Shown: positions 40,860 to 51,145 of the stretch, piece by piece
Layout: every line of letters starts with the position of its first letter
How positions within the stretch are numbered: the first letter of the stretch is position 1
Assembly (NCBI GenBank): GCA_963793425.1
Contig: CAWCAG010000009.1
Span: 992,001-1,056,000 of the forward strand
Length of the DNA stretch: 64,000 bases
Reading direction: 5' to 3'
Source: an uncultured cyanobacterium
GTDB taxonomy: Bacteria > Cyanobacteriota > Cyanobacteriia > Cyanobacteriales > CAWCAG01
Notes under the pieces: generated by a model
What the model saw: the letters and a program-made list of their open reading frames with translations, nothing else
Told to the model about the DNA's origin: nothing
The model's database searches: none
Program-made: the position numbers and the translations under genes

Positions 40860-41942
40860 ATGACAACTACATTACAACGTAGCCAAAGCGCAAGCTCTTG
40901 GGAACGGTTTTGCAGTTGGATCACCAGCACCGAAAACCGCCTCTATGTAGGTTGGTTTGGAGTCTTAATGATCCCAACTCTGTTAGCCGCCACCACTTGC
41001 TTTTTAATCGCCTTCGTCGCAGCACCTCCTGTAGACATAGACGGAATCCGCGAACCAGTAGCAGGTTCATTACTTTATGGAAACAACATCATCTCTGGTG
41101 CAGTTGTTCCATCATCTAATGCCATCGGCTTACACTTCTACCCAATTTGGGAAGCAGCTTCTCTTGATGAGTGGTTGTATAACGGTGGTCCTTACCAGCT
41201 AGTGATTTTCCACTTCCTCATTGGCATATTTGCTTACATGGGAAGAGAGTGGGAACTATCCTACCGCTTAGGAATGCGTCCTTGGATCTGTGTAGCTTAC
41301 TCTGCTCCAGTAGCAGCAGCAAGTGCAGTATTCCTAATCTACCCATTAGGACAAGGAAGCTTCTCAGATGGAATGCCTTTAGGTATATCCGGAACCTTCA
41401 ACTTCATGTTTGTCTTCCAAGCAGAACACAACATCTTAATGCACCCCTTCCACATGTTGGGAGTAGCGGGTGTATTTGGTGGAGCATTATTCAGTGCCAT
41501 GCACGGAAGCTTGGTCACCTCTAGCTTAGTAAGAGAAACCACCGAAACCGAATCACAGAACTACGGTTACAAATTCGGACAAGAAGAAGAAACCTACAAC
41601 ATTGTTGCAGCACACGGTTATTTTGGTCGTCTAATCTTCCAATATGCCTCCTTCAACAACAGTCGTAGCCTTCACTTTTTCTTAGGAGCATGGCCAGTAG
41701 TAGGAATCTGGTTCACCGCATTAGGAATCTCGACAATGGCGTTTAACCTCAACGGATTCAACTTCAACCAGTCGATACTAGATTCACAAGGTCATGTAGT
41801 CAACACCTGGGCTGATGTATTAAACCGCGCTAACTTAGGCTTTGAAGTAATGCACGAGCGCAATGCTCACAACTTCCCCTTAGATTTAGCAGCAGGCGAG
41901 TCTACACCAGTAGCACTAACTGCCCCAGCTATCAACGGTTAA
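40860..41942 (+). CDS. psbA: Photosystem II D1 protein, Glu130 (D1:2-type)
   Basis: Canonical 360-aa D1; YMGREWELS; Mn-cluster ligand motifs intact. Confidence 0.99.
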   Translation: MTTTLQRSQSASSWERFCSWITSTENRLYVGWFGVLMIPTLLAATTCFLIAFVAAPPVDIDGIREPVAGSLLYGNNIISGAVVPSSNAIGLHFYPIWEAASLDEWLYNGGPYQLVIFHFLIGIFAYMGREWELSYRLGMRPWICVAYSAPVAAASAVFLIYPLGQGSFSDGMPLGISGTFNFMFVFQAEHNILMHPFHMLGVAGVFGGALFSAMHGSLVTSSLVRETTETESQNYGYKFGQEEETYNIVAAHGYFGRLIFQYASFNNSRSLHFFLGAWPVVGIWFTALGISTMAFNLNGFNFNQSILDSQGHVVNTWADVLNRANLGFEVMHERNAHNFPLDLAAGESTPVALTAPAING

Positions 41943-41978
41943 GTTGCAATGCTTACAATTAAATAATACCTAAATAAC

Positions 41979-42013
41979 AAAAAGCGTCCTCCCAATACGG
42001 AGGGCGCTTTTTT
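41979..42013 (+). terminator. psbA intrinsic terminator
   Basis: AAAAGCGTCCTCC...GGAGGGCGCTTTTTT. Confidence 0.85.
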
Positions 42014-42189
42014 GCTTGTTTTTAACTTTTATTTCTTAAGACGTAGCAATTACCAGAAACAAAGTTGAATATTGCCACAAGTGGTATCTTTTTAACTCTT
42101 TTACTCTTGTTCAAGACAGAAGTTCCAATAGGAATTTTCTGACACAATTTAAAGGGTATTAAGCTATAAAACAGACATTCAAGCTACTC

Positions 42190-43064
42190 ATGAAAACTAA
42201 AACATTACTTAAATTTATTCCAGCCACATTAGCTTGTTGCCTTGTCTTATCACCTCAAACTCTCAAAGCTCAACCCCAAATAGAAATTCCTGCACCACTT
42301 CCAGACTCTTCTATTCCAGGAGAATCAGCTTATGCTCAGTATATGAGATTAGGCTACGCCGCTTCTCAAAGAGGTGACTTCACAGTTGCTGCTAGTTATT
42401 TTCGTAGCGCCCTTTACGAACGCCCTCAAGACAGAGAAGCAACCATTGCTTATTGGAACGCTAAAGATGCTCTGCAAGAGACTCCGAATGAGGGTGAAAC
42501 TGCCTATGATCGCTACATGGAAATTGCTTATGATGCAACGGAACAAGAAGATTATCAAACTGCTTTAATTAACTTTCAAAGAGCTTTAGAAGAAAGACCA
42601 GGAGATTACTACGCTACTCAAGCGATTCGGAATGTTAAAACTTACATTGAGCGTGGTCAAGACCCTTCTCTCCAGGAGGTGTTGTTTCTGAACCCACAGT
42701 TTATCCAGGAGAGTTACCTTACGACCGCTATATGAGACTGGGGTATGCAGCTGAACAGAGGGAAGATTATCAAGCTGCTATTAGACATTTCCGCAGTGCT
42801 TTATACGAACGTCCTAAAGACCGGCAGGCAACTACTGCTTACTGGAATGCAAAAGATGCTTTTAAAAACAAGGGTAGTAATAGTACAGAAGTAGAAAGTG
42901 ATTATGACCGTTATATGCGTATTGGTTATGATGCAACAGAACGAGGAAACTATCAAACCGCGTTGATTAATTTCCGAAGAGCGTTAGAAGTGCGGCCAGG
43001 AGATACCTATGCAGCCCAAGCTATTCGTAATGTCACAACTTATATTAATCGTGGCGATGGCTAA
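42190..43064 (+). pseudogene. Exported TPR-like repeat protein split by a frameshift near 42665
   Basis: Four YxxYMxxGY repeats across two ORFs; the second frame reads PGGVVSEPTVYPGELPYDRYMRLGY from about 42672. Confidence 0.75.
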
Positions 43065-43140
43065 CTGGCTAATTAAGTCTGTTTCCCTTTCTCCTCATCA
43101 CTGTATCTCCAACGAAACAAAGAAAAAAAGAAAAACGGCA

Positions 43141-43788
43141 TTAGTACTTGTCGTTTTTCTGCCCCAAAATTGTGTAAATACCCGCTTTAGAGACTAAAAT
43201 ACCTAATGCAGCTAGACCTAAAAATGTGGAAGGTTCTGGAACTTCTTGAGGTTTTGGTGGCTTATCTACAGGAGTTGGCTGCTCAAAAGCTACAGTGCCG
43301 CCAGCAAAAAAGTTAAAATTTTCATCAAAGTAGGTAAAGTCTCTTTTGCCATCAAAAGGATTGACGAAAATGTCAAAGCCTAGTATTTGAGGAGGAAGAG
43401 GATTGTTGGGAAGCATACCAAAGGTTGTATCTACAACATATTGCAACCCAATTAATTCTCCATCTAAAAAGTCCAAGCGAAGACCGTTATCTTCTCCTGT
43501 TGCTCCTCCATTGTTGTCAAATTCATCAAAATCATAACCCAGACCAAAATTAAAATTGACCTGAATTTTGCCGGAACCATTGAGTGTTTCAGAACCTACT
43601 CCAGTCAAAAGACTATCATCAAAGGTGAAATCTCCAAGGAAAGTTTGATTAGCAAAGGGGCCCTGTTCAGCCGTAACTTTGAAATCAAATGATTTAGTGA
43701 GGGCTGATACTGGCTCAACTTCTATAGTTGTACTGAGTAAAAGAGCAGCACCAATGAGGACAAACTTTTGTGGGAGGGTATTCAGCAT
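43141..43788 (-). CDS. PEP-CTERM sorting domain protein
   Basis: Signal peptide; Pro-rich linker; VPEPSTFLGLAALGILV. Confidence 0.85.
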   Translation of the reverse strand: MLNTLPQKFVLIGAALLLSTTIEVEPVSALTKSFDFKVTAEQGPFANQTFLGDFTFDDSLLTGVGSETLNGSGKIQVNFNFGLGYDFDEFDNNGGATGEDNGLRLDFLDGELIGLQYVVDTTFGMLPNNPLPPQILGFDIFVNPFDGKRDFTYFDENFNFFAGGTVAFEQPTPVDKPPKPQEVPEPSTFLGLAALGILVSKAGIYTILGQKNDKY

Positions 43789-44359
43789 TTAGTATTACCT
43801 TGAGTTGATCATTTTCAAAATTCTCAATGTTATTTGTGCATAAGCGGAGCTATGAGGCTTGTCATATTTCTAATTGATTTCTAGTTAAGACTACTTTAGC
43901 TATTGCTATAGTTAAGTTGCCATAGGTTTTCTACATCTTCATTGAATCTTTATTCGTTCTAATTGTTTCTTTAAGATGAGTAATAAATTTGCTTTTGTTT
44001 CTAACGTTTATAAGTGTTAATGCCATAGCATAGCTTATTTACTAGCAAAAACAGAAAGTTTTTAAGAATATTTACGTAGTATCCTGTTTGGTTAAAACAA
44101 GCTATCTGGTTGATAAGAAGTAGGACTTTACTTTATCAATACATCTAGATTGAGATTTTTAAGTATAAAAATTGAGTGTAAATGACAAATAAACCATGAA
44201 ATTCAAATTTTTTCTTGATATAAAAGGCAATCATTTTTTCCTTGGTAAAATAAAATTTAGATTTGTTAAATCTAACTCAGTTACTACTCATTGCTGCTTT
44301 TAGTAATTATCATTGTTCGTAGTTTATTCAAAAGTAACTTCTGGAGGAAACTACCAACT

Positions 44360-44899
44360 ATGTCTGAACCATTTCTAGGTGAAATTAAAATGATTGCCTT
44401 TGACTTTGCACCTAAAGGATTTGCTTTTTGTTACGGTCAGGTACTAAGTATTAGTCAGAATCAATCCCTCTTCAACCTCATAGGAGATACTTATGGTGGA
44501 AATGGCACTAGTACTTTTGCTTTGCCTGATTTGAGGGGTAGAGTCCCTATTAATGCAGGACAAGGGCCTGGTTTAAGCAATAGAACTTTAGGTCAATCAG
44601 GAGGTAGTGAGACTGTTACTTTAACTGAGAGTCAGCTTCCTGCCCATAATCATGATCTGAATGCTGATCTGAACGCTACTAGTAGTAATGCCAATACTTG
44701 TGACCCCGCAGGCAAATTACTAGCAAAATCTAACCGACCGACTTATCTTTCCGGAACTGCTAATATTAAACTCGATTCTGATTCTATTAGCGGTTCGACA
44801 AGTAGTGTAGGAGGTGGTCAGACCCATAATAATGTGCAACCTTTTCTTAGTATTAACTTTGTTATTGCTTTAACCGGTATATTTCCTTCAGAGAATTAA
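44360..44899 (+). CDS. Phage tail-collar domain protein (Mdp-like)
   Basis: MSEPFLGEIKM...FAPKG...YGGNGTSTFALPDLRGRVP...HNNVQPFLSINFVIALTGIFP; RBS GGAGG. Confidence 0.9.
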   Translation: MSEPFLGEIKMIAFDFAPKGFAFCYGQVLSISQNQSLFNLIGDTYGGNGTSTFALPDLRGRVPINAGQGPGLSNRTLGQSGGSETVTLTESQLPAHNHDLNADLNATSSNANTCDPAGKLLAKSNRPTYLSGTANIKLDSDSISGSTSSVGGGQTHNNVQPFLSINFVIALTGIFPSEN

Positions 44900-44992
44900 T
44901 AGTTGTTGAGAAAAAGGGCAATGGGTTGATAGAGACGAGAAACTTGATATGATTTTTTTCAGCTAGGAGGAGTCCAAGGCTTTCAACATCTC

Positions 44993-47557
44993 TTGAAACC
45001 AGCAACCCCTTTATCTGGGAGGAAGAAGGAAATTAGCACCGATAAGACTACCAAAGGGCAATTTATTACCACCGAACCTCTGGGTAAAAGCGGTGAAGCA
45101 GCAGAAAAACAAGTTTGGGAAGCAATCCAAGTTGCTTTTAAGGAAAGAGAATGTTTGGGCTATTGGCGCTATCCTATTTTCTCCCAGGTAGGGCAGTATC
45201 GTCGGGAACCAGATATTCTCATCGCTGATCGTCAGTTGGGATTGATTATTATTGAAGTTAAAGCCCTGAATATTGAACAAATTGTCCGAATTTCTGGGCA
45301 TTGTTGGGAATACCAGAACTTTTATACAACCAAAGGTAATCCTTATCAACAGGCGGAACAGCAACTATATACTCTTTTGGAATATAGCGATCGCGAACCT
45401 AGCTTAAACGGGCAGGTAACGGGGCGGGCTTTGGTTGCGTTGCCTTTAATTAGGGAAAGTCAGTGGCAAGAAAGAGGTTTTCAGCAACTACCCTCTTCTC
45501 CTCCTATTTTGCATCAAGATTTGCTTCAACCGGAAACTAGGCAGCTACTTCATCAACTCATTGCCAAAATTCCTCCCCTCACTCCTAGCAATCATCTCTC
45601 TACTGAACAGTGGCAATTACTTTTAGCAACCTTAGCTGGCACTCCTCTTTATGGCCAACCTACCCACCGTGTCCTCACCGCTGAGACTTCTAAGGGCAGC
45701 ATCTTACAACAGATACGCACCAGCAAAGGTATCCTCGACTGGGAACAGGAACGTATTGCTAAACAAATTCCTCCGGGGCCACAGCGTCTTAGAGGGGTTG
45801 CCGGTTCAGGAAAGTCGGTTCTCCTTTGTCAAAAAGCGGCCCACTTCCATCTAAAATATCCCCACTGGCAAATTGCTTTAGTCTTTTTCTCCCGCAGTCT
45901 TTACTACCCAATTGTCGCTCAGGTAGATCGCTGGCTGCGGTATTTTAGCTGCAACCAAGTGAGTTATGACCCACAAAACTACAACCTGCGAGTTCTCCAT
46001 GCTTGGGGTAGCCGTCAGCAACCGGGTTTGTATAGTGTTCTCTGCCGTCAAACTGGCATCCCTCCCCTCGCTGTAACTGATACCCGAAGTCGGCAACCCC
46101 AGGAAGCATTAGCGGAAGCTTGCACAGACTTGCTGCAACAGGCTGCTATTCCCCAACTCTTTGATGCTATCCTCATTGATGAAGGGCAAGATTTACTAGT
46201 AGAGCCAGAGTATAAGTATCAGCATAAACAACCTTTCTATTGGTTAGCTTATCAGGCATTGCACCCAGCAAACCCTGCTCAACCAGAACAGAAAAGATTG
46301 ATCTGGGCTGATGATGAGGCCCAGAGTTTAACCAGTCTCCGGGTAGCTAATGCTCAAGAACTGTTTGGGGAAGAATTAGCCCATTTAGTCGCTGGTGAGT
46401 ATAGTGGTGGTATGGCCAAAACTGCTCTGTTGCGCCGTTCCTACCGTACACCAGAAAGCATTTTAACCGTAGCCCAGGCCCTGAGTATGGGTTTCCTGAA
46501 ACCAGGGGGTATGGTGACAGGCATGAGTAGTTTGGCAGACTGGCAAGCTTTAGGTTATCGCTCTCAGGTGACGAATAGTTCTCTAGGCAGGGGGAAAGTT
46601 CTCACCATTGAACGTTTAGAGGATAACTCCCCTCACCCTTTGCCTCAACTTTGGACTGGAGAAATTATTGAGTTTCAGATTCACCGCGATCGCAACTCTG
46701 AGTTAGCCGCTCTAAGTCAGAATCTATTCTACAATCTTCGTTATGATGGTTTGCGCCCTAGTCGAGAACTATTGGTAATTATCCTTGGTAGTGGTTTAGA
46801 AGCTATAAAGTTAGAAAAAACAGTAGCCCAATTTTTGATCGCTCAGGGTTTAGATATTTATATTCCCAGCACTAGTACTCATAACCAGCTTCGCTCCGAC
46901 AAAAGCAACTCTCAACCCAACCAATTTTGGTATGAAGGGGCAATTACTATCAGCCGCATTCACCGAGCGAAGGGTCAGGAAGCAGATTTAGTTTATCTGG
47001 TTGGTTTAGAGCAAATCGCTAAAGAAGAGCATAATCTTTCCCTACGTAACCAACTATTGGTAGCCTTAACTAGAACCAGAGGTTGGGTTCACCTCAGCGG
47101 AATTGGTGACTACCCCTTATACGAAGAGTTGCACAGTATTATTCACAAAGGTACTAGCTTCAGCTTTCGCCAAGATCGTCCCCCTCAAAGACAAATTAGC
47201 CTTACCCCTGCCGGAGAAGTGCTGCAAAGCTATGGCCAAGGCAGTAGAAACTTTCAGAATGCTCATCTTTTGGGGGCGCAACTACCAGGAGTTAATCTCA
47301 GTAAAGCTAATCTAATCGGGGCTAATCTTAAAGGTGCTAACTTAGAAGGCGCAACATTGGATGGAGCCAAATTAGCGATCGCCAATTTGGCAGAAGCTAA
47401 TCTCTCTGGGGCTAGTCTACGTAAAGCTCAGTTAATGGGGGCTAATCTACAGGAAGCTAAGCTGAGAGATGCTGATTTGCAGTTTGCAGATGTAACAGAT
47501 GCTTTCCTGGAAGGAGCAGATTTAAAGGGGACGTTGCTAGAGCAAAATGAGATTTAA
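44993..47557 (+). CDS. NERD nuclease + SF1 (UvrD-like) helicase + pentapeptide-repeat fusion
   Basis: EPDILI...IIEVK...NPYQQA; Walker A GVAGSGKS; ILIDEGQD; SYRT, IHRAKGQE and VALTR motifs; C-terminal A(N/D)LxG repeats. Confidence 0.88.
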   Translation: MKPATPLSGRKKEISTDKTTKGQFITTEPLGKSGEAAEKQVWEAIQVAFKERECLGYWRYPIFSQVGQYRREPDILIADRQLGLIIIEVKALNIEQIVRISGHCWEYQNFYTTKGNPYQQAEQQLYTLLEYSDREPSLNGQVTGRALVALPLIRESQWQERGFQQLPSSPPILHQDLLQPETRQLLHQLIAKIPPLTPSNHLSTEQWQLLLATLAGTPLYGQPTHRVLTAETSKGSILQQIRTSKGILDWEQERIAKQIPPGPQRLRGVAGSGKSVLLCQKAAHFHLKYPHWQIALVFFSRSLYYPIVAQVDRWLRYFSCNQVSYDPQNYNLRVLHAWGSRQQPGLYSVLCRQTGIPPLAVTDTRSRQPQEALAEACTDLLQQAAIPQLFDAILIDEGQDLLVEPEYKYQHKQPFYWLAYQALHPANPAQPEQKRLIWADDEAQSLTSLRVANAQELFGEELAHLVAGEYSGGMAKTALLRRSYRTPESILTVAQALSMGFLKPGGMVTGMSSLADWQALGYRSQVTNSSLGRGKVLTIERLEDNSPHPLPQLWTGEIIEFQIHRDRNSELAALSQNLFYNLRYDGLRPSRELLVIILGSGLEAIKLEKTVAQFLIAQGLDIYIPSTSTHNQLRSDKSNSQPNQFWYEGAITISRIHRAKGQEADLVYLVGLEQIAKEEHNLSLRNQLLVALTRTRGWVHLSGIGDYPLYEELHSIIHKGTSFSFRQDRPPQRQISLTPAGEVLQSYGQGSRNFQNAHLLGAQLPGVNLSKANLIGANLKGANLEGATLDGAKLAIANLAEANLSGASLRKAQLMGANLQEAKLRDADLQFADVTDAFLEGADLKGTLLEQNEI

Positions 47558-47573
47558 ACAAGAGTAGATTTAT

Positions 47574-47867
47574 TTAATTAAATACAGCTTGGTAAAGTTG
47601 CCCTTTTCCATCAGAACCAATTGGTACTACAAATAGCTCTAGTTTGCCAAGCTGGTCTTGTTTAAAAGTGTAGGTTTCTTGGGGGAGAACAAAACCTTTT
47701 GGTAGACGGAAGACTAAATCAAAGGGTCGTCCTGTATCTAAGTTTTGCTCAGGATAGTCTGATACTTCGATTAATTCAACTTCCAGAAAGTCATTTTCAT
47801 CTAAAAAGACATAAAACTTTTGCTGGAGATAAGGACGAAAGTCACTACTTTTAAGTTTTGCTAGCAT
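47574..47867 (-). CDS. DUF6916-like small beta protein
   Basis: LELIEV...RPFDLVF...LPQETY...LELFVVPIG...YQAVFN pattern. Confidence 0.75.
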   Translation of the reverse strand: MLAKLKSSDFRPYLQQKFYVFLDENDFLEVELIEVSDYPEQNLDTGRPFDLVFRLPKGFVLPQETYTFKQDQLGKLELFVVPIGSDGKGQLYQAVFN

Positions 47868-47900
47868 AAAATTATGTCGTTTAAATGGGTAAAAGCTTAC

Positions 47901-49340
47901 CTACTCCCCAACTTCCTGCTTCCTATCTTCGGGTTGATCAATATAAACCCTTACTCCTTTTTTTATACCAGATAGAATTTGAGTTTGGTCATTTATAGTT
48001 ATGCCCGCAGTTACAGGTTTAAATGCTGATTTTTTATTACCAGTAGGAACATAAACCCCAGTTTTTCCTTCCTCTGTCACAATTGCTACTGTGGGAACTA
48101 CTAATGCTGCCTCAATTTCTTCCCCCAAAAAGGTTACATCTACATTCATTCCTGATTTAAGTTCATCTTGCCCCTCTAACAAATTCACCTTAACTTGAAA
48201 AGAAGTAACATTTTGCTCTTCAATTGCTTCAGGGGCAACTAACTTAACTCTGCCCTCAAATACCTGATCAGGATAGGCATCGGCAACAACTTCTACCGGT
48301 TGCCCTGGTTTCAACTGCCCTACATCCACTTCAGGAACCTTAGCCGTCACTTCCAAACCTTTAGCTAAAGCAATAACAGAAGTAGAAGTTGCTGAAGCTG
48401 TACTAGAAGCAGAAGTGGTGGGGGTAACAAAAGAGCCTTCAGTGGCGTATTTTTGGGTCACGATGCCATCAAAAGGAGCTTTGAGGAGTGTATCATCCAA
48501 ATTCACCTTAGCTGCCTGTACTTGGGCTAGGGCAGCTTCAGTCGCAGCTTGGAGTTGAGCAACTTCTTCGGCACGACTTCCTTTTTCCAACTCTTCTAAA
48601 GCTGCCCTAGCTTCTGCTACTTGTGCTTCTAACTGGCTAATCCCTGGCGCTTGCGTTCTTTTTTCTTGCTGGAGTCGTCTTTCAGCTTCATCCAAAGATG
48701 CCCTAGCATTGCGATATTCCGTTAAAGTTTCTTGATATTGGTCTTCTGATATAGCCCCTTGTTGCTGTAAACTTTGGTAGCGTCTGGTGCGAGCTTCAGC
48801 CAAATCCAACCTTGCATTAGCTGCTTCAACCTGAGACTCTCCTTGAGCAATTTGTTCTGGATTAGAAAGTTTAGCTTCTTGCAAACGAGACTCTGCCTGC
48901 TCTAAACGCGCCCTTCCTTGGAGAATATCCCCTTTGCGATTCCCTGCGAGGGCTTCATCCAACCTTGCTTTAGCTTGTTGATAATCAGCCTGTGCCTTGG
49001 CGTACTGAGCTTGTAAGTCTTTATTTTCCATAATGGCCAGGACTTGCCCTTGCCGAACCTTCTGCCCCTGTTCCACAAGAAGTTCACCTAACCGCCCAGG
49101 ATTCTTGGGGCTAACATTAACACTTTGAATTGGCTCTACTTTACCACTAGCCGGGATGCGTAAAGTGAGGTCTTTTGCTTCTACAGGTACGGTTAATTCC
49201 TCAAGGTCTTGTTTTGGTTGAGCGTTATTAATAACCAAATAGCCCAGACTACCAATAATCAAAATACTTGTAGCCCCTAGTCCTATAGCCCAACGTAAAG
49301 GTTGTTTAACTTTACCAAAAAACGGAATTTCCATATTCAA
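47901..49340 (-). CDS. Efflux periplasmic adaptor (HlyD/MacA family)
   Basis: TM anchor, lipoyl halves (VEQGQKVRQGQVL, LKAPFDG), long coiled coil, ALVVPTVAI. Confidence 0.93.
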   Translation of the reverse strand: MNMEIPFFGKVKQPLRWAIGLGATSILIIGSLGYLVINNAQPKQDLEELTVPVEAKDLTLRIPASGKVEPIQSVNVSPKNPGRLGELLVEQGQKVRQGQVLAIMENKDLQAQYAKAQADYQQAKARLDEALAGNRKGDILQGRARLEQAESRLQEAKLSNPEQIAQGESQVEAANARLDLAEARTRRYQSLQQQGAISEDQYQETLTEYRNARASLDEAERRLQQEKRTQAPGISQLEAQVAEARAALEELEKGSRAEEVAQLQAATEAALAQVQAAKVNLDDTLLKAPFDGIVTQKYATEGSFVTPTTSASSTASATSTSVIALAKGLEVTAKVPEVDVGQLKPGQPVEVVADAYPDQVFEGRVKLVAPEAIEEQNVTSFQVKVNLLEGQDELKSGMNVDVTFLGEEIEAALVVPTVAIVTEEGKTGVYVPTGNKKSAFKPVTAGITINDQTQILSGIKKGVRVYIDQPEDRKQEVGE

Positions 49341-49533
49341 GAGCGATTGTCACATATAAGTATCGCTTTTCAAATCATCCTACTTTCCCTACCATAACGA
49401 AAACGAGGTTGGAGAAACCTTCATACTTAGGTACAAAATGGGGAACAAAAGAGCAGGAAATTAACCCTTGATTATCAATGATCATTGATCGCTGACTGTA
49501 CTAGGATATTGTTAATGATTATGAGGCGGCACC

Positions 49534-50412
49534 GTGCCTAAAAGTAATTGGTTATTTTCTTTTTTTGCTGGCGTAACTTCTTTGGGAAGCTTAGCGTTAC
49601 CAGCTTCTGGACAGGCTCTTTTACCTTACACCCTAGAACTTGATTCAGAACAGCTTGAACAACAAGGTTTAAATTTGGTACAGGATGCGGTGCAATTGGT
49701 AAGGTTTCAACAGTATGAACTAGCCTTACCAAGAGCAAAGTTAGCTACTCAAGTGGCTCCTGATAATTTTCAAACTTGGTTTGTTCTGGGCAGTTTATAC
49801 TTACAAAATGAAGAAGCAGATAAAGCCATTGAAAGCTTACAAATAGCTCGCTCTTTGTCTCCGGAAGACGAGTCTGGTATTCTTTTTACTCTTGGTTCGG
49901 CTTATTTTCAAAAGGAAAATTATCAAGCTGCTATAGAGAATATAGAGAAAGGTTTGGCAATAGAGCCAAATGCTGTGGAAGCTTTATTTGATTTGGGTAA
50001 CTCTTACTTGATGCTTAAGAATTACTCTAAAGCTTTGAGTAGTTATGAGCAGGCATACAATAAAGAACAAAAATTCTGGCCGGCGATTAATAATATCGGT
50101 TTGGTTAAATATGAACAAGGGGACATAACCGGAGCTATTAAACAATGGGAAAAAGCCCTAGAAATAGACTCTGAGGCCGCAGAACCCCAGTTGGCGATCG
50201 CTGTTGCTTGGTATACCCATCAAGCAGACAAGAAAGCTAGTGGTTTAGCTTTAGGTAAAGCTGCTTTAAACCAAGATAATCGCTATGGAGATTTAGAATT
50301 TCTCAAGCAAAATCTTTGGGGTGATCAGCTTTTAGCCGATACAGCTAGATTTTTGTCCGATCCTCAAGTTGAAGCACTTGTACCTCTAACTCCTGAGCTT
50401 AACTCAAGATAA
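49534..50412 (+). CDS. TPR protein
   Basis: Signal peptide; multiple TPR motifs. Confidence 0.88.
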   Translation: MPKSNWLFSFFAGVTSLGSLALPASGQALLPYTLELDSEQLEQQGLNLVQDAVQLVRFQQYELALPRAKLATQVAPDNFQTWFVLGSLYLQNEEADKAIESLQIARSLSPEDESGILFTLGSAYFQKENYQAAIENIEKGLAIEPNAVEALFDLGNSYLMLKNYSKALSSYEQAYNKEQKFWPAINNIGLVKYEQGDITGAIKQWEKALEIDSEAAEPQLAIAVAWYTHQADKKASGLALGKAALNQDNRYGDLEFLKQNLWGDQLLADTARFLSDPQVEALVPLTPELNSR

Positions 50413-50600
50413 GTATTGGTTTAGAGATCACGATTTTCCCTCCTCTCCCTTGCCAAAATTGGCAATTAACAGTACATATGTATTGAGAGGGGGTAATAGG
50501 AAATACCTTAGCTTTTAAACTAAGGTATTTCTTAAAGGTAAAGAGTGACAAAAAGGAGGTCAGAAGTCTTAATCACCTTCCTTCCTCTAACTCAACCAAA

Positions 50601-50998
50601 TTATTCTTTAGGCAACAGTTGGCGAATCTGTTCAACAAATTGTTGATGATCTACCACTGGTTTAGAGATGTAGCTATTAGCACCACTTTGTTTGAGGAAA
50701 CTTTCTTTGTCTCCTTCCATAGCATGGGCTGTGACCAAGATAATTGGTATTTCAGAGGTTTGAGGGTCTGCTTTTAACATTTGGGTAATTTTAATGCCAT
50801 CTACAGCCTTACCTCGGTAAACGCTGTGGGCAAGAGAAACATCCATCAAAATAATATCGGCCCCCCTGCTTGGGCAATTTCCATCACCTCTTCTACATCT
50901 TCAGTATGTTTAACATCCAAACCCGCGCGTTTGGTAAGAATCTTAGAAAAAACGCGAGCATTAATAGGATCGTCTTCTACAATCAAAACGGTTGTCAT
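50601..50998 (-). pseudogene. Single-domain response regulator (CheY/DivK-like) with a 1-nt frameshift in a G6 run
   Basis: MTTVLIVEDD...EIAQAGG then ADIILMDVSL...VTAHAM...ISKP; span is 398 nt; adding one G at 50861-50866 restores the frame. Confidence 0.85.
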
Positions 50999-51145
50999 AG
51001 GCGTAGCCTCAAGGGAGTCGCTGTAAATAAGGGCGAATTTTAAGATAAAACTGACAAGGACTTTTGTAATGTTGCCATCAACAGCAGCAATAAGTCATTA
51101 ATTAATTCATTATCTTTGTTTTAAGGAAAGTAGGATAAATAACTC

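Noticed and set aside
44360..44899. Prophage suggested by the tail-collar gene
   Set aside because: No integrase, terminase, capsid or other tail genes nearby
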